A DNA stretch of 64,000 nt, taken from contig NC_092677.1 in the NCBI RefSeq assembly GCF_964355755.1, positions 8,950,101 to 9,014,100 on the forward strand. Direction: 5' to 3'. This DNA is from Antedon mediterranea. Its lineage: Eukaryota > Animalia > Echinodermata. Under the pieces are notes generated by a model. It made no database searches, was not told where the DNA came from, and worked only from the letters and a program-made list of their open reading frames with translations. Position numbers and translations under genes: made by a program. Shown in pieces: positions 30,301 to 45,300 of the stretch. How positions within the stretch are numbered: the first letter of the stretch is position 1; every line of letters begins with the position of its first letter.

Positions 30301-33300
30301 TTTGTAACTCTATTTACAGATGTCCAATTGGTCACTACTGTGAGATTGGATCTGATGACCCAGTTCGCTGTGAGAACGGAACCTACCAAGACGAAGAAGG
30401 TCAAAGTTCATGCAAGATATGTCCATCTGGATACTTCTGTGATAACACAATGACTTGGGTTGTCCTTAACAACGATACAACACACTGCCCAATGGGATAC
30501 TACTGTCCTGCTGGTACACAGTTTGGAAATGAATTTCCTTGCCCTATTGGTACATTCAACAATTTAACAGGTAAATTTATTTGACTTTATTTAGAAAATA
30601 TAAAGTATGTTTATTCAACATTGTATTTATAGAAATGAAATTATTAAGTAAATTTTATGACAATCTATCATTTTGATGTTTTAGGTATATGCAAGTTAAC
30701 CTTTTTAACCGATAAAAATTATTCACAAATTCAAATACAAGAATTTATCATTAAGAATAAAAAAAAATGTATTTCTTTTTCTAGGCCTAAGCAGTATGGA
30801 CTTGTGTAGTCCATGCAGTGGAGGGTACTACTGTCCTACTCCAGGCATGGTTTCTCCTGTGGAACTATGTAGCCCTGGCTACTACTGCAAACAATATGCT
30901 AACATTTCAACACCAGATCAAGGTAATTACAGTACAAAAAATACATTTTTGATTGAAATTGAATACTGATACAAATAGTTTTTGTAATTGTACAGCTACG
31001 ATTTGATAATATTTTGACCTAATGATGTATCTTTAATACAGGAGTGGATGCTAACACATGTCCACCAGGCTACTACTGTCCAGAAGGTACAGAAAATCCA
31101 GTCCCATGTCCAAAGGGTTCATACAGCGATGAGACTGGACGTTGGGAAGAAGATCACTGTGTCCCATGTACAGCTGGACATTACTGTGCAGAGGTTGGAA
31201 TGACCAATACTAGTGGGCTCTGTGACCCAGGGTAAGCTTTAAAAATGTTCAAACAATAAAATGGATAGTTTAGGGATCACATACTGTACACATTTGACAA
31301 TAAAATGGATAGTTTAGGGATCACATACTGTACACATTTGACAATAAAATGGATAGTTTAGGGATCACATACTGTACACATTTGACAATAAAATGGATAG
31401 TTTAGGGATCACATACTGTACACATTTGACAATAAAATGGATAGTTTAGGGATCACATACTGTACACATTTGACAATAAAATGGATAGTTTAGGGATCAC
31501 ATACTGTACACATTTGACAATAAAATGGATAGTTTAGGGATCACATACTGTACACATTTGACAATAAAATAGATAGTTTAAGGATCACATACTGTACACA
31601 TTTGACTGAATTACATTTATGTTTATCTTCTATAAAATTTAAAAATAATATATAAGTAAGTTAACGCTTTCCAAAATTTATTTATCTAATTATCGTTTAT
31701 TATCTTCTTTCAATAGATACTATTGTATACAGGGTTCCTTAGATCCTAGGAACATATCATGTCCCGTCGGCCATTACTGTGAACTAGGCTCTGGTGTACC
31801 AGAACCTTGCCCTTCGGGCACATACTCTAACACGATGAACCGATACAATGTCACCCAATGTGAACTATGTGATGAGGGTACTTATTGTAATGATACTGGT
31901 AAGAAATTTATTGACTGTAACTTTTACTTATTTATTTATAAGCTTAACTGTAAACTGCGGAAATTCGGTCAGCTTTTCGAATAGGGTATCAACTTCTTTA
32001 ACGTAAACTATATGCACACAGAGCCAACAGCTGTACGTCCCGTCCGAAGGATTTCTTTATACTCTTTGTTATCATTTTAATTAATCAAGCAAAGAACTAT
32101 GTATAAAGTTGCATAAGTTCTGCATCCCTTTTCTTTCTTCAGGTTTATTTGAACCATCAGGAGAATGTGACCCTGGATTCTACTGCCCTGAAGGTCAGCA
32201 TGTGTCAAATCCAGCTGACTTCCCATGCTCTATTGGTCTACACTGTCCCCAGGGCAGTCCTCTACCAATACCTTGTGATCCAGGGACCTATACTAATTTA
32301 AGCCAGCAAGCTGAGTGTTTGGAATGCCCTGCTGGCTTTTACTGTGTACCAGAAGAAGTAATTGAAGGTCAGTAGAATGATATAAATAATAATAATAATA
32401 AACAGTATTTATATAGCGCCTAATATAGCAATTAACATTAACTCTATATTGTCCTGCATCTTCCCAAGCAGTATGTATTAGAAAATATATGAATATTACA
32501 TTAAAACATAATTATTTTTAAGGTAATTCAAGCAGTGGATTCAGACTGTGTCCAAATGGCTACTACTGTCCAGCAGGCACTGGCCGTAACTGGACTGCTT
32601 GCCCACGAGGAACATATGGTGATCGTCTTGGTCTGGAAGATGAAGGAGGATGTACCAATTGTGATGGTATGACAAATGTTTTGTAATTGAATGTTTTTAA
32701 TTGCTTGATGTGCTTGTTGATATGAATTTATTGTCATTTTTATAAAATTTTTCTGTTATAATTCTAGTCAAATGTCCAACAGTTCCATTGGATTTTATTT
32801 TTATTAATAGCTATTAATATTTTAACCTTAACAGCTTGGCATGTACCATTATTTTAACTTCTAATTGAAAATAATGTTGAAAATGTAATTGAAAAATAAA
32901 ATACAGTAATAATTGGATTATTCCATTTTATTATAGGTGGTTACTACTGCCAGGGAACCAACCTGACAAGTCCAACTGATGAATGTGATCCAGGGTATTT
33001 CTGTACCTCGCGAGTTGATAGACCAAACCCAACTGCATTTGAAAACGACTCCTGTTCATATGAAGGTTAGTAGGGTCACTTATGGCAAAGAGAGAAATGC
33101 ATGACAAGACAAAACACCACATTTTTAAGTGGAAACATAATGGGGTTTTCATTAGTGTTTACTGACAGATGTAAAGTCTACAGTGTGTTATTTTTTTGTA
33201 CCAGAGTTATGTAGGCCTTTTTTTTTTGTTTAAATGTGATAATTTTCTTTTGGTCATGTATTTTCACAAATCACTATCAAACAAAGTATAGTGCAAATAA

Positions 33301-36300
33301 TTAAATTTAAATAATGTTAAGAAACATTAATAATTTAAAATTTTAAGTGTAATGACCCCATGGACGTCAATTTTATTAATTAAATTAGAACGCACATCAG
33401 TTTGTTACATTATTTCATTTTAACATTTGTTTAATTGATAATTAGGCGCTCACACTGGATATGGTGGTGTCTGTCCTACTGGGCACTTCTGTGTACAAGG
33501 TTCAGAACTGCCTACAGGTTGTCCTGCTGGAACATACCAAGACCTTGAAGGAAAAGCAGACTGTAATCAGTGTCCAGCTGGCTACTACTGCCTGGCTAAC
33601 TCTACTACTTATTCGTAAGTAATGTTGATGGAAACATTTGGATAAAGATTAATTGAAATCATTGAATTAGACATTTGATACAAATAATGAAATTGAATGG
33701 GGAGAGCATTGCATGAGTTGAAATATTGACTGTTCTATTAATTATTGAGATGGCGATTAGTTTCATAGAACAGTCCAGCTTATGAAAATATTTTCACCAT
33801 TCAATAAAACCATTAAAAAACATTTAATGAAACAGGATACAAAATTAAGAACGTGCAAAAGCAATGTTTAAATAAAGTTACAAACCAGGAATATAGTTGT
33901 CAGAACTAGCATTGGGTTAATGTGTTTTTTGTTTGTGTTTTTTGTAGAAACACAATCTGTCCAGCAGGCTATTATTGTCCTAATGGTACTGAATATGACA
34001 TACAATTTCCCTGTCCTAAGGGTACATTCAACAATCTTACAGGTAGGTATAATAACATTTTTGTTAGTACATCATATCCTGGAAAACTGCTATTCATTCA
34101 TTAGTGTACTATGGACTGAAAGAATCCTTAACAGTAATGCTGTTTCTATTGTTATTCTTAGAAGGGAAATAATTCAGTCATGTGTGGTGCAGGTTTATAT
34201 GTGAAAATATTCTTTGAAAGCACTGTCGTGTAATGGTTATTTCAAAGTGCTTAACATTTGTTTTCCCACTGTTTTCTATGAAACATGAGCTGCATATATG
34301 GAGCCACCAGCTTCTGAGCTACTGTATATTTATAACTTGCAATCTAGTGACTAGTGTTGATGTTTTTCTTGTACAGGTGGACATGATCTCAGTTCATGCA
34401 TAGCCTGTCTCCCTGGAATGTACTGCGAAGGTGCTGGAGACTATCCTACTGGGGACTGCAACCCTGGCTGGTATTGTATCTCTGGTGCTTATGAACCTGA
34501 ACCTAACAATACATCTGGTGGCCAGTGTCAAATAGGTACAATAAAATATTTATGTATTTTATTTTAAACTCTGAATAAGATTGTAGTAAACTATCTCAAA
34601 GCAATGATGCATTTTTTTTTACCACATTGATCTGAATGTTAATTTCAAATTTGTGCAGTATATTACAGTGTATCACAGATTTTTGTAGATTTTACTTTTA
34701 CTTTTACTTACGAGTAACTCGCCAATTGCAGGATAGATAAACTATTTTAATTTAGTGTGCTTATAAACTAAGTCTCATTTTGAGGCTTAAGGAGTTGAAA
34801 GAATTGTGAGTTACAACCCTGGCACTAGGTTAGGATTGAACCCTGGATCTTGGGATTGGAAGGCAAGCATGTTAATCACCAAGCTACAGCTCCACTACAA
34901 TGTTTAGTAGTATCTACAATTACTTATATGTAACGTATTCTTTTCAAGGTGAATATTGTCCAATGGGATCATCTGAACCATTAGCATGTGATCCTGGTAA
35001 ATATTGCGACGTCCCTGGCATGTATGAACCACGTGGTGACTGTGATGCTGGCTACTACTGCAATCGTAGTTCTCCAACAGCCACACCTAATGGTATTGGA
35101 GGTAGGTATTGTCATATAGACAAACCTCCTTAGTTTAGAAGAGTGAGTAAGTGAGTACGAACTACAGATACTCAGTGCCAGTTTCTAAAGATATCCAGAC
35201 GAAGATTGTATACAAGTAATTAATGTTTATGAGTTAACATGTTTATTCTTGTCATACCTTTAAACTAATTTAATTTTATGAATTATTTTATAAGGTGACA
35301 AATGCAGTACAGGTCATTACTGCATTGAGGGAAGTTATAATGAAGAGCCATGTTTACCAGGAACTTACCAGCCCAGTGAAGGTGCAGAAAATTCTACTTG
35401 GTGCCTGGAATGTACTGCTGGAATGTTTTGCAATGATAGTGGCCTAGCAGGGCCTGAAGGCCCATGCACACAAGGTAGATACAGTAGTTTCAGGTCTTCC
35501 AAGACCCTGTAATTGCCTTTTGAAACACTTATACATAGCTCAGCAAAGATATACACTTTTAGTACAAGTTAATTAATTAAATTTTTTTTTTAAATTACCA
35601 ACTAGTACAGAAAGTATTATCCATACTGTTTAGGTTACAGATAACTTAAGTTTGTCAGCTTCATAAGAGTTTGTTTCATACTCATTTTTATTTTATTGTA
35701 GGTTTTTATTGTCCTGGTGGTCAAACAGTCCCAGAACCTAATGTGTACCGATGTCCAGTAGGCTATTACTGCGAAGAAGGAGTCGGTAACAAAGAAGCTT
35801 GTCCAGCCGGTACCTACCAGAATGAAGAGGGACAGTGGACTTGCAAAGAATGTCCAGAAGGTTTCTATTGTGACGATGTCAATGGACCTATTGTTAATTA
35901 CACTACTAACATCTGCCCAGAAGGTAACTACAAGACAAATAAACTTTAGATAACAAAGACCAATATAACGTTAAACAGAGCTAGTAAAACACAGATTCTA
36001 ATTTCTTTTTTAGGCTATTTCTGTCCAAATGGTACAACTGCTGCAACGCTACATGCATGTCCCCATGGAACCTTCAACAACATCACAGGCTTAACGATGG
36101 AAGACGAATGCACACCATGTTTAGGTATTTTTATGCCTTCATGACATTATCCTCAGACCAACTAATTGGTGACAGTGGCTTAGGCTGCTTTGTGCTTTTC
36201 TGGCAGCTAGTGACTATGATATCTTATCTCCTTACATCATGTTTATTTAATTGTTGATTTGTATTATATATTTTTTTTAATGTATTGTTTTGCCTGAATA

Positions 36301-39300
36301 CATAATAAATATAATACCGCTGTTGGTTTGTGTAGTTTAATTTGTGATATAACTTTTAGTACTAATTTTCTATATTTTAGGTGCATTCTATTGCGGCCAG
36401 TCTGGTTTAACCTACCCCTACTCATACTGCTCTGCTGGATATTTCTGCAAGGTAGGAGCAACTGAGGCAGCCCCTGACCAAGGTGGTGATGCTAATGCTT
36501 GTCCAGTGGCTAAGTACTGTCCAGAAGGCACAATTGAACCAATTGCTTGTCCAAGTGGAACTTACAGTAACGACACACACTTGCAGAATGAAACAGAATG
36601 TAACCTTTGTCCTGCAGGTAATAAATGGAATAATTATCATTCGTTTTAATAAATTAGTTTATTTTGTTGTTTGCAGAGTGAAGAATAAGTGATAACACAA
36701 TATTTGTGCATATCACTTGGTAGCTCTAGTGGAAAACTGAGAGACAAATTTTGTCAGTTTTCAGTAACAGTTTTTACTTCAATCCCTTTTGTTTTAAACA
36801 TTCTTATTAAAGAAAGTATCTTTCCATTACCAGTTCATTTGATCTATTTAACTTCAGGCTCCTACTGCGAAGGTGGTAAAACAGAACCAAATGGCTACTG
36901 CGACTCAGGATTCTATTGTGAGACTGGCTCTGATGACATTGAGCAGTTTATCTGCCCAGCTGGCCACTATTGTCCAGTTGGCACATCTGTGGCAGGAAAG
37001 AGTTGTCCACCTGGCACTTATTCTAACGCCACAGGTCTGTCAGAGGAATCAGAATGCCTCAACTGCACTGCTGGATGGTATTGTCAACAGAATGGTCTCA
37101 CAATGGTAGAAGGTCTATGCTCAGCTGGTTATTACTGTCCAGAAGGTAAAAGGCTGTTTATTCAAAGTATCAAAAAGGAACTAAATTAATTTGTTTATAT
37201 CCAGTTTTACATTCAGGTTATTTTATGTAAAAATAAATGTAATTTTACCAAGCTCACTTGCACTGTTCACAAATCTCCAAAGAGATAATTGTACCCATGT
37301 TACCATATGTTCTTAGTTTACCTATTCTTGTTTTTGTATTGTAGTACTGTTATTAGTCTTGTATTTTTTGTTTTACCATTATTGAATAAATGTTATATTG
37401 AACTATAGTCCTACAATTTTGGTTTTAAGTTCTTTTTTTAGTTTGATTGAAAGTAATCTTAAAAGCTGGTAATTTTATATTTATAGGCTCAGCCGCTTCA
37501 AATGCTATTGAATGTCCAATTGGTCTTCACTGCCCAGAAGGGTCACCTGACCCAAAGGCTTGTCCGTCTGGATACTTTACCAACACCACCACCAGATCAA
37601 GTTGTCTTATCTGTCCTCAAGGCTATTATTGTTTGCCAGAAAATGAAACACTCAGCAATCCAGACCTGAAAGCTGGGTATGATGACTGCCCTGAGGGATA
37701 CTATTGTCCGGAAGGTACTGGACTTGATTGGATGCCATGTCCAGCAGGTACATACAGTAACCAGACTAACCTCTACAAAGTGAGTATCAATGTTGAATTG
37801 TAAAAATGTGTAAATTTAACAGATCAAGTAAATATATGTTTCCAACATTAATCAGGGAACCCTTTTGGGAACTGATTTCAAATCACAGGTCCCATAGACA
37901 GATGATAGTGCATGCAATCAGTCCATCTGTGACTAGGTTTAATGCATGTAAATTTGCTACAAGAAGATAATGATATTGCACTAGATCCAAATTCTTAGGC
38001 ACACTCAATCACACGAACAATATCTAAGAGGTTTATATAACTCGAAACTGACAATGATTATACAGTAATCTTTTTTGTTCTGTAGATTCAACAATGTCGT
38101 GATTGTGATGGAGGATATTACTGTGACCTAGAGGGCGCTATTAAAACTACAGGCCTATGTAAAGTTGGTTACTGGTGTGATTCAGGAGTTGATCGCATGG
38201 ATCCAAATAATGAAGATACAAATTCAACATACAATGCAACCTGCCCACTGTTAGGTGGGCATACTGGTTCAGGTGGCGTATGTCCTCCAGGCTTCTACTG
38301 TCCTGAAGGTACCACTCTTCCTCATGAATGTGATGCTGGAACATTCCAGAATGAAGAACGTCAGGGGTCATGCAAGGAATGCCTTCCAGGTTAGTGACCT
38401 TACTGTACCTATATTTTGTAAATCAAAGAAAAGAAATCTGTATTTTTAACATTATCAAACCAAATTCATGTTTAGAATTTTCCCTGAAACAAAGTAATTT
38501 TTTATTGAAAAAATATAAAATATGAAGTTCAATAATAATTGTTACAATTATTTCACTTTGAATTTTTAGGTCGATATTGTCCGGCAAATTCAAATAATAG
38601 TGATCTAATATGTCCTTCTGGTCACTACTGTCCAGCTGGGACTGAGTGGTCAGATCAGTATCCATGCTCCCCTGGTACATTTAATAGCCTCACTGGTCAA
38701 ACCAATGAAAGCTCATGTTTAGACTGTCTTGGTGGTATGTATTGTATGGGATATGGAAATGTTGAACCGACTGGTAACTGCAGGTAAGCATAAAGTAAAC
38801 ACAGTGCATGATTTAAACATACAAACCTGCAGTTTAAAACCAAAACATGTCTTGGATTTATATTTAAACTTAAATATAGTTAACATTTCTGTGCAGCTCT
38901 TATAATAAACTTTAATCATGGAGTGAATAAAGGCCTTAAGTCCAGGATGAAGCCCTTGACAACTGCAGACCATACTGTAAGACCATTACAATATGAAGTC
39001 ATTCCTAAGACTATCAGCAATTTCAGATTCTAATTCCTTCCATATGTTTAGTCACTGGTTTTACACTGAGACTTTTTTGGGGTCTTAGGTCTTAAGCCAG
39101 GCTTTAAGCCTATGTCTTTTTATTGCAGTCCATCAAAGTTCTTTCTATTTTAATTATTTTATTTGGTACCTCTAAAAGTAATTTAATTAAAAAAAAAAAT
39201 TAATTAGTAAATGTTGAAGCCATTTAATTCTAAATATATATTTTCTATTTTACAGTGATGGTTGGTACTGTATAAAAGGTGCATCAAACCCAATGCCTAC

Positions 39301-42300
39301 TGACGCTATGATTGGTGGTAAATGCCAGCCAGGTTACTATTGCCCAGCTGGTACAGAAGCACAGGTGGATTGCGATCCAGGATTCTACTGCCCTAGTGCT
39401 GGGCTACCCGAGCCCTTGGCACTTTGCGAACAAGGTATGAAGGCTAATATTAGGGTCTGTTTGTCTTATGATGCACCACTAGCCTTCTAGCCGGAAAGAC
39501 ATTCACATGCACAGTGAATATGTAGAATGTTAAACTCTATGGATGCATAGATGTCTGCTGCATCTTGAAAACAGAAGATTGCTATTATACATTTATATAC
39601 TTGTGGCATTTGTACTGTGTAATGTATATATGCAAAAAATCAAGTGTTCGAAAAGTATCCAAATTCCAATGAGAATGTTAATCTCAATATAAGTTTATTC
39701 AATTCAAATTTTTTTAATACATTCATATTTATTACATTACCTATTCAAACACATTTTATGCTACATGGTTGCTAATATTTATCTGTATTTTATAGGTTTT
39801 TACTGTAGCCTAACATCCACTACAAGCAGCCCTACAGACAACATCACAGGAAATGTCTGTCCAATGGGTCACTATTGTGAGGAAGGAAGCCCCTCTCCAG
39901 AACCTTGCCCCATGGGCTTCTACTTAGATGAAGAGCAACAGAGCCAGATTGATAATTGCAAGAATTGTACTGAAGGTAAATAATGGACAACAGAATGATA
40001 CTACAATATCTGTAAAAATTGTAATATTCTAAAAATAGTTTGCGTCAGAGAGCTAACTTAACTACTCTGACCTAATTGTACTATTGTACAGTCAACTCTC
40101 CCAATACCGGACACCCTTGGGCGGGCATATATTTCCTGGTTTTTCGAAAGTCCGGTTTCCTGAAAACATATTTTTAAAGTCATCACGTTGTCACTGAAAA
40201 TGCTTTGAATCACCGGTCCGAATGCTGCCCGGTACGGTCTAGCGTAGGGAAGGCCTAGGCTATGATAGTGTCAAGCTAGTTTTAATTAAATAAATACTGA
40301 TAGGCCTAGGCCTACTTTATTAATATTAAGCTAATTCAATTTACCTTTTTTTAAAGTTACATTATTTACTGTACCAATAAAACATGTTACAGTAGTAAAT
40401 TTTTGTTTCTCAATGTGTTTTTAGCGGCAAAAAGGCCTAGACTAAGCCTACGTACGTACGGTGAACATAATTTTGGTCGTTTATTGTTTATCGCGAGCTA
40501 GCAGCAGCAGCATGGGTGATAAAAATAGCAGAGCGGGGCTTTGATTGATGCGCATGTGCAGAGGTGTCATAATCAAATAAAAACACCCACATGTTTTTTA
40601 AGCTCCTTTATTTTCACGTAATTTGATAGCAATAAACGAGACAAGCAATAATGACACAATAATTAATTGGTAACATTTCAAAGTTTATTAACACTAGTTA
40701 AGTCAAGTTCATTCCGTTTACGTTTTGCCATAATGATTTCCAAATTTATAATGATGCACATTTTTAGTGAAACATTCCAAGTCCTATTGCAATTGTGAAT
40801 TTAACAATAATTTAAACAAAACAAAGACACAAAGTGGAATGTAAATTGAACTTTATTAAAAAACAATTCATATGCTAAAAAACAGGGAGTTGTTAACAAC
40901 TCCCTGCTAAAAACAATAGACATTCGATACGCAACAAAGCAATTGCCGCCTCGTGGGTTAACAATGAACTGACCTGTCAATCACAGTGTAGCGCTCCATG
41001 GCAACATTATTTGATCGTACAGTACCGCGAAACGTCGCGCACTTCATGCATGGTCCGGTCTGGGTATGGTTAAAAGCTTTTGTACATTGTGAATGTATTG
41101 AATTCGAGTCAGCGACGACGATGTTACGTTGTTTTCGTAAATATTTGGAGTTTTTTAACTGTCAGTCCGGTTTTCAGACGCTAATTTTTGTGTTTTGTAC
41201 TTCATAATTGGTCCGGATTCCCGAATTGGGTATTCCGGTTTTCATAATAAATTATAGTACATTTAGAATAGGGACAAATTGGGCCCTCCAAAAAAGTCTG
41301 GTTTTCCGTGAATTCCGGGTTTTGGGAGAGTCCGGTATTGGGAGAGTTGACTGTATATACTCATTAGATGGATGAAAAATTATACTATGGTTTTTACTGT
41401 TAATATTAATATTTTACATTTAATTTGACTATTTTTACTGGACTAAAGTACAAAAAAAAACTTGTTTTACTAGGATTTTATTGTGGCAAAGAAGGGCTAT
41501 CTAACCCAAGTGGTCAATGTGAGCAAGGTTATTACTGCCCTCGTGGACAACTAGTTGCAACACCTGCTTCATACAGTTGTCCACTTGGCTATTTCTGTGT
41601 TACTGGTCGGGCAACACCAGAACCCTGCCCATCAGGAACATACCAAGATACAAGAGGCAAATGGACATGTAAGGAATGTCCAGAAGGTTTTTACTGCAAT
41701 GCTACTTTTGGACCAGTTGATTTCTATGGATCATATGAATGCCCAATGGGCTACTACTGTCCTAATGGTACTCAGTACAGTACACAGTATCCTTGCCCAA
41801 GAGGTACCTTCAATAACATCACAGGTAATTTTTTATGTACAGTTCTTTTATCCAATGATTGGGCCACTTCCTATAAACATTGTGTCATTTGTTAATACAT
41901 GTACCTTACTGAATTGCAGGTCTGCAAGATGAATCAGAATGTGTTCCCTGTATTGGTGGAACTGTTTGTGATGAAACTGGATTAGTGAGTCCACCTCGAC
42001 TGTGTGAAGCTGGCTACTACTGTAGAGAGGGTGCTAACATAAGTACACCGACATATGGTAAGCTAATCGTTTTCTCTGTTATGTTATAAAATAAAACAGA
42101 TCTAGCTTGAAACATTTGTATAACACAAATATAAACTCCAAATTGTATTCCTAAAAATAATTGTAAAAAACAAAAGATGATAATCTATATTTTTAAGTGG
42201 ATAGGACCCTTCATTGGAGGTAAAATTAACAAAACAATAAATTTAAACAACACTGTCATTGTAAAGTGTAGGAGGCAAGAAAGGATAAAATAATCACAGC

Positions 42301-45300
42301 TCAAGCAAAATATTGTGAGAGTATAGTGCGTGAGTGGCCGTGCAGTTAAGACAATGGAACCGTAATTACGTAGCCATAACATCAGCAGGGGTTCGAGGCT
42401 CACTCACTCCATGGTTCTGGTGGTAAAACGAGTCTTCTCGGATAATGACTATAAACCGTAGGTCCAGTGTACACATCTAGCTCGTGTGCACTTTAAAGAA
42501 CCTAGTACATCTTTCGAGACGAGTAGGGGGTTACCACGGTGTATTAGTACATCACAGCCACTGATCATAACTGGGCCCTCTGGGAGACCAGTCTTTGACT
42601 GAAGAGGTTACCCAGTATAAATATATATTTCAATCAATCAAAATAAATAATGTAATACATAGTAGTGATTTCTATGCTAAGTTTCTATTATTTCTTAGGT
42701 GAACTAAATGACGAGTGTCCAGCAGGTTTTTACTGCCCAGCTGGAACAGCTGAGCCAATTGCTTGTCCACAGGGTACATTTAGTCCAGATAAAAAATTGA
42801 TGTGGGAAAACCAGTGTTTGAATTGTACAGCAGGTTTTTTCTGTAACAAGACAGGTAATATAAATACATGTACATTTTATCTTCTACATTCTGTTCCTAA
42901 TTTTTAAACAAATTATTAAATTAGCTAATAAATTATTTCTGATAAAGAATATTTCTTATTTTTTGATAAAGAAATATGGTACAGTATACTTATTTTTTAT
43001 TTTTTTCCCCTTTTTTTCTCCTCAAATATTTACAGGTATCACTGCTGAGCAAGGGCTTTGTGACCCAGGCTACTTTTGTATTGAAGGTTCCACTAGACCA
43101 GACAATGATATTTGCCCGGAAGGCTACTACTGCCTTGAAGGCACAAGAGATCCATACCCATGTCCAAATGGTACATTCGGAAATGTTACAGGATTGGAAG
43201 AAATTAGCGATTGCTTTGATTGTAGCCCTGGCTTTTATTGTGAAGGACTTGGTAAGACAATGAATTAGTATATTTGTTGTATGGTTAAATGTTGTATGTA
43301 TTATTGTATGGTGGAGATTTCACAACCTTACAAATGCAATGACAAAAACAAATTTCCAATTCCAACAGAGTAGTTAAAAACCTAATTGAAGATGCTTATA
43401 AAATTACTGTATACAACTATTTTAACAAATAAATGAACCCAACAGAACTCATCTGTAGCAGAGAAGTACTTAGCTTAGTTAAATAATATTTTGGACCTGG
43501 GGTTATCGTCTTTCATGATGAGATTGGGCCGTATATAATATATAATATTTTTTACAGCTAATGTTGCACCTACTGCCACATGTGACCAACGCTATTATTG
43601 TCCACCTGGATCAGACAATGCAAGACCTTTTATATGTCCAATTGGTCAACATTGTCCACAAGGCAGTGCAGAGCCATTGGACTGCTTGGCTGGATATTAC
43701 GTTGACCATGAGGGTTCCTTTGAGTGTAACATATGCCCTGAAGGTAAGATTTAATTTAATTGGTAAAGAAATATTGTTTGATTATTAAAGAACATAGAAT
43801 AAAGTGTATTAATTCAATATTTTGTTAACTTCAGGATTCTACTGTATATCAGAAAACGTAAATGTTGGCTTTGCAGCAAGCACGTACACCTCCTGTCCAG
43901 CCGGTTACTACTGTCCAAACGGTACCGGTCATGACTGGCAACCATGTCCTTCTGGTACATATGATCCATATGGGGGTCTAGCGGAGGCCCTTGAGTGTAC
44001 ACCATGTGACGCTGGCATGTACTGCCAGGGTGTCAACTTGACAGAACCTACAGCAGAATGTTATGAGGGATATTATTGTGTGTCTGGAGTTGATAAACCA
44101 GATCCAGTTATGTTGGATGGCAACCAGTGTCCAACAGACACAGTACATCCAATTATAGGTGACGTTTGCCCTGAAGGTCACTTCTGTAAAGTTGGAACTA
44201 TCTATCCTGAAGGTAAGTTAAAAAAAATGTAAATAAACTTCTACTTGCACAAAAAAGAAAAATATTGGTTGATAATTTCAATGCATGTAAAATACCTTCA
44301 CACTGAGCCCGGATAAGAAAATATTTAAATACATACATATGTGATAAAAAAAACGTAATGTAGTCAAGTGTTTTCTCCAGCCACAGACAGTGCGAACATA
44401 ACTTTTATGTATGTTGTACTTCCAGGTTGCCCTGCTGGAACATATAATGACGAAAATAGACAAGCATCTTGTAAGCCTTGCCCAGAGAGCTACTACTGCT
44501 ATGCCAACACCACAGATTATGTAAACAATATATGCCCGCTAGGCTACTACTGTCCTATTAATACCACTGATCCTCACACATTTCCATGCCCTGCTGGCAC
44601 GTTTAACAATGACACATTGCGAAGCAGTGAGGGAGAAGGATGCCTGTCTTGCACTAAAGGGTGGTACTGTGATGGAACAGGAAATGTAGAACCAACTGCT
44701 GAATGTGATCCTGGTTGGTATTGTAGTGGAGGGGCTGAGGAGGCACAGGTTTGGAAATATTTTATATTTATATTATTATGTTGCTTTGAGTACCTTCCTT
44801 GTTTTTTCATTGTACATGTTAGCCCCACTATGTGTGTAATATTTTTGATATTTGTATGAATATAATATAATCATATATCATATATTTCTTTCTATTCATG
44901 GTATAGCCAAGTGTTAATGGAGGCTTATGCCAACCTGGTGAGTACTGTCCTCGTGGATCCTATGAGCCTATACCATGTGATCAAGGATTCTACTGCAACT
45001 CTACAGGGCTAGATGGTGTTGTTGATGTCTGCGATCCAGGATACTACTGTCCAACAGGTTCCAGTAGTCCAAGGCAGATAGTATGCCCTGTGGGCAACTA
45101 CTGCCCTTCTGGTAGTGAACGACCAACCGAATGTTCAAATGGGACATACCGGGACGCAATCAAAGGCGATGAATTTGAAGATTGTGAGCTTTGTACAGCT
45201 GGTTTTTATTGTAATGAGACTGGAGCATCAACCACATCAGGAGAATGTGCACCTGGTTACTACTGTCCAGAAGGTCAGACCATACCAACACCTTATGATT

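Noticed and set aside
40998-41207. Possible transposase ORF in the Tc1/mariner-like element
   Set aside because: Only 69 aa, with no HTH or DDE motifs.
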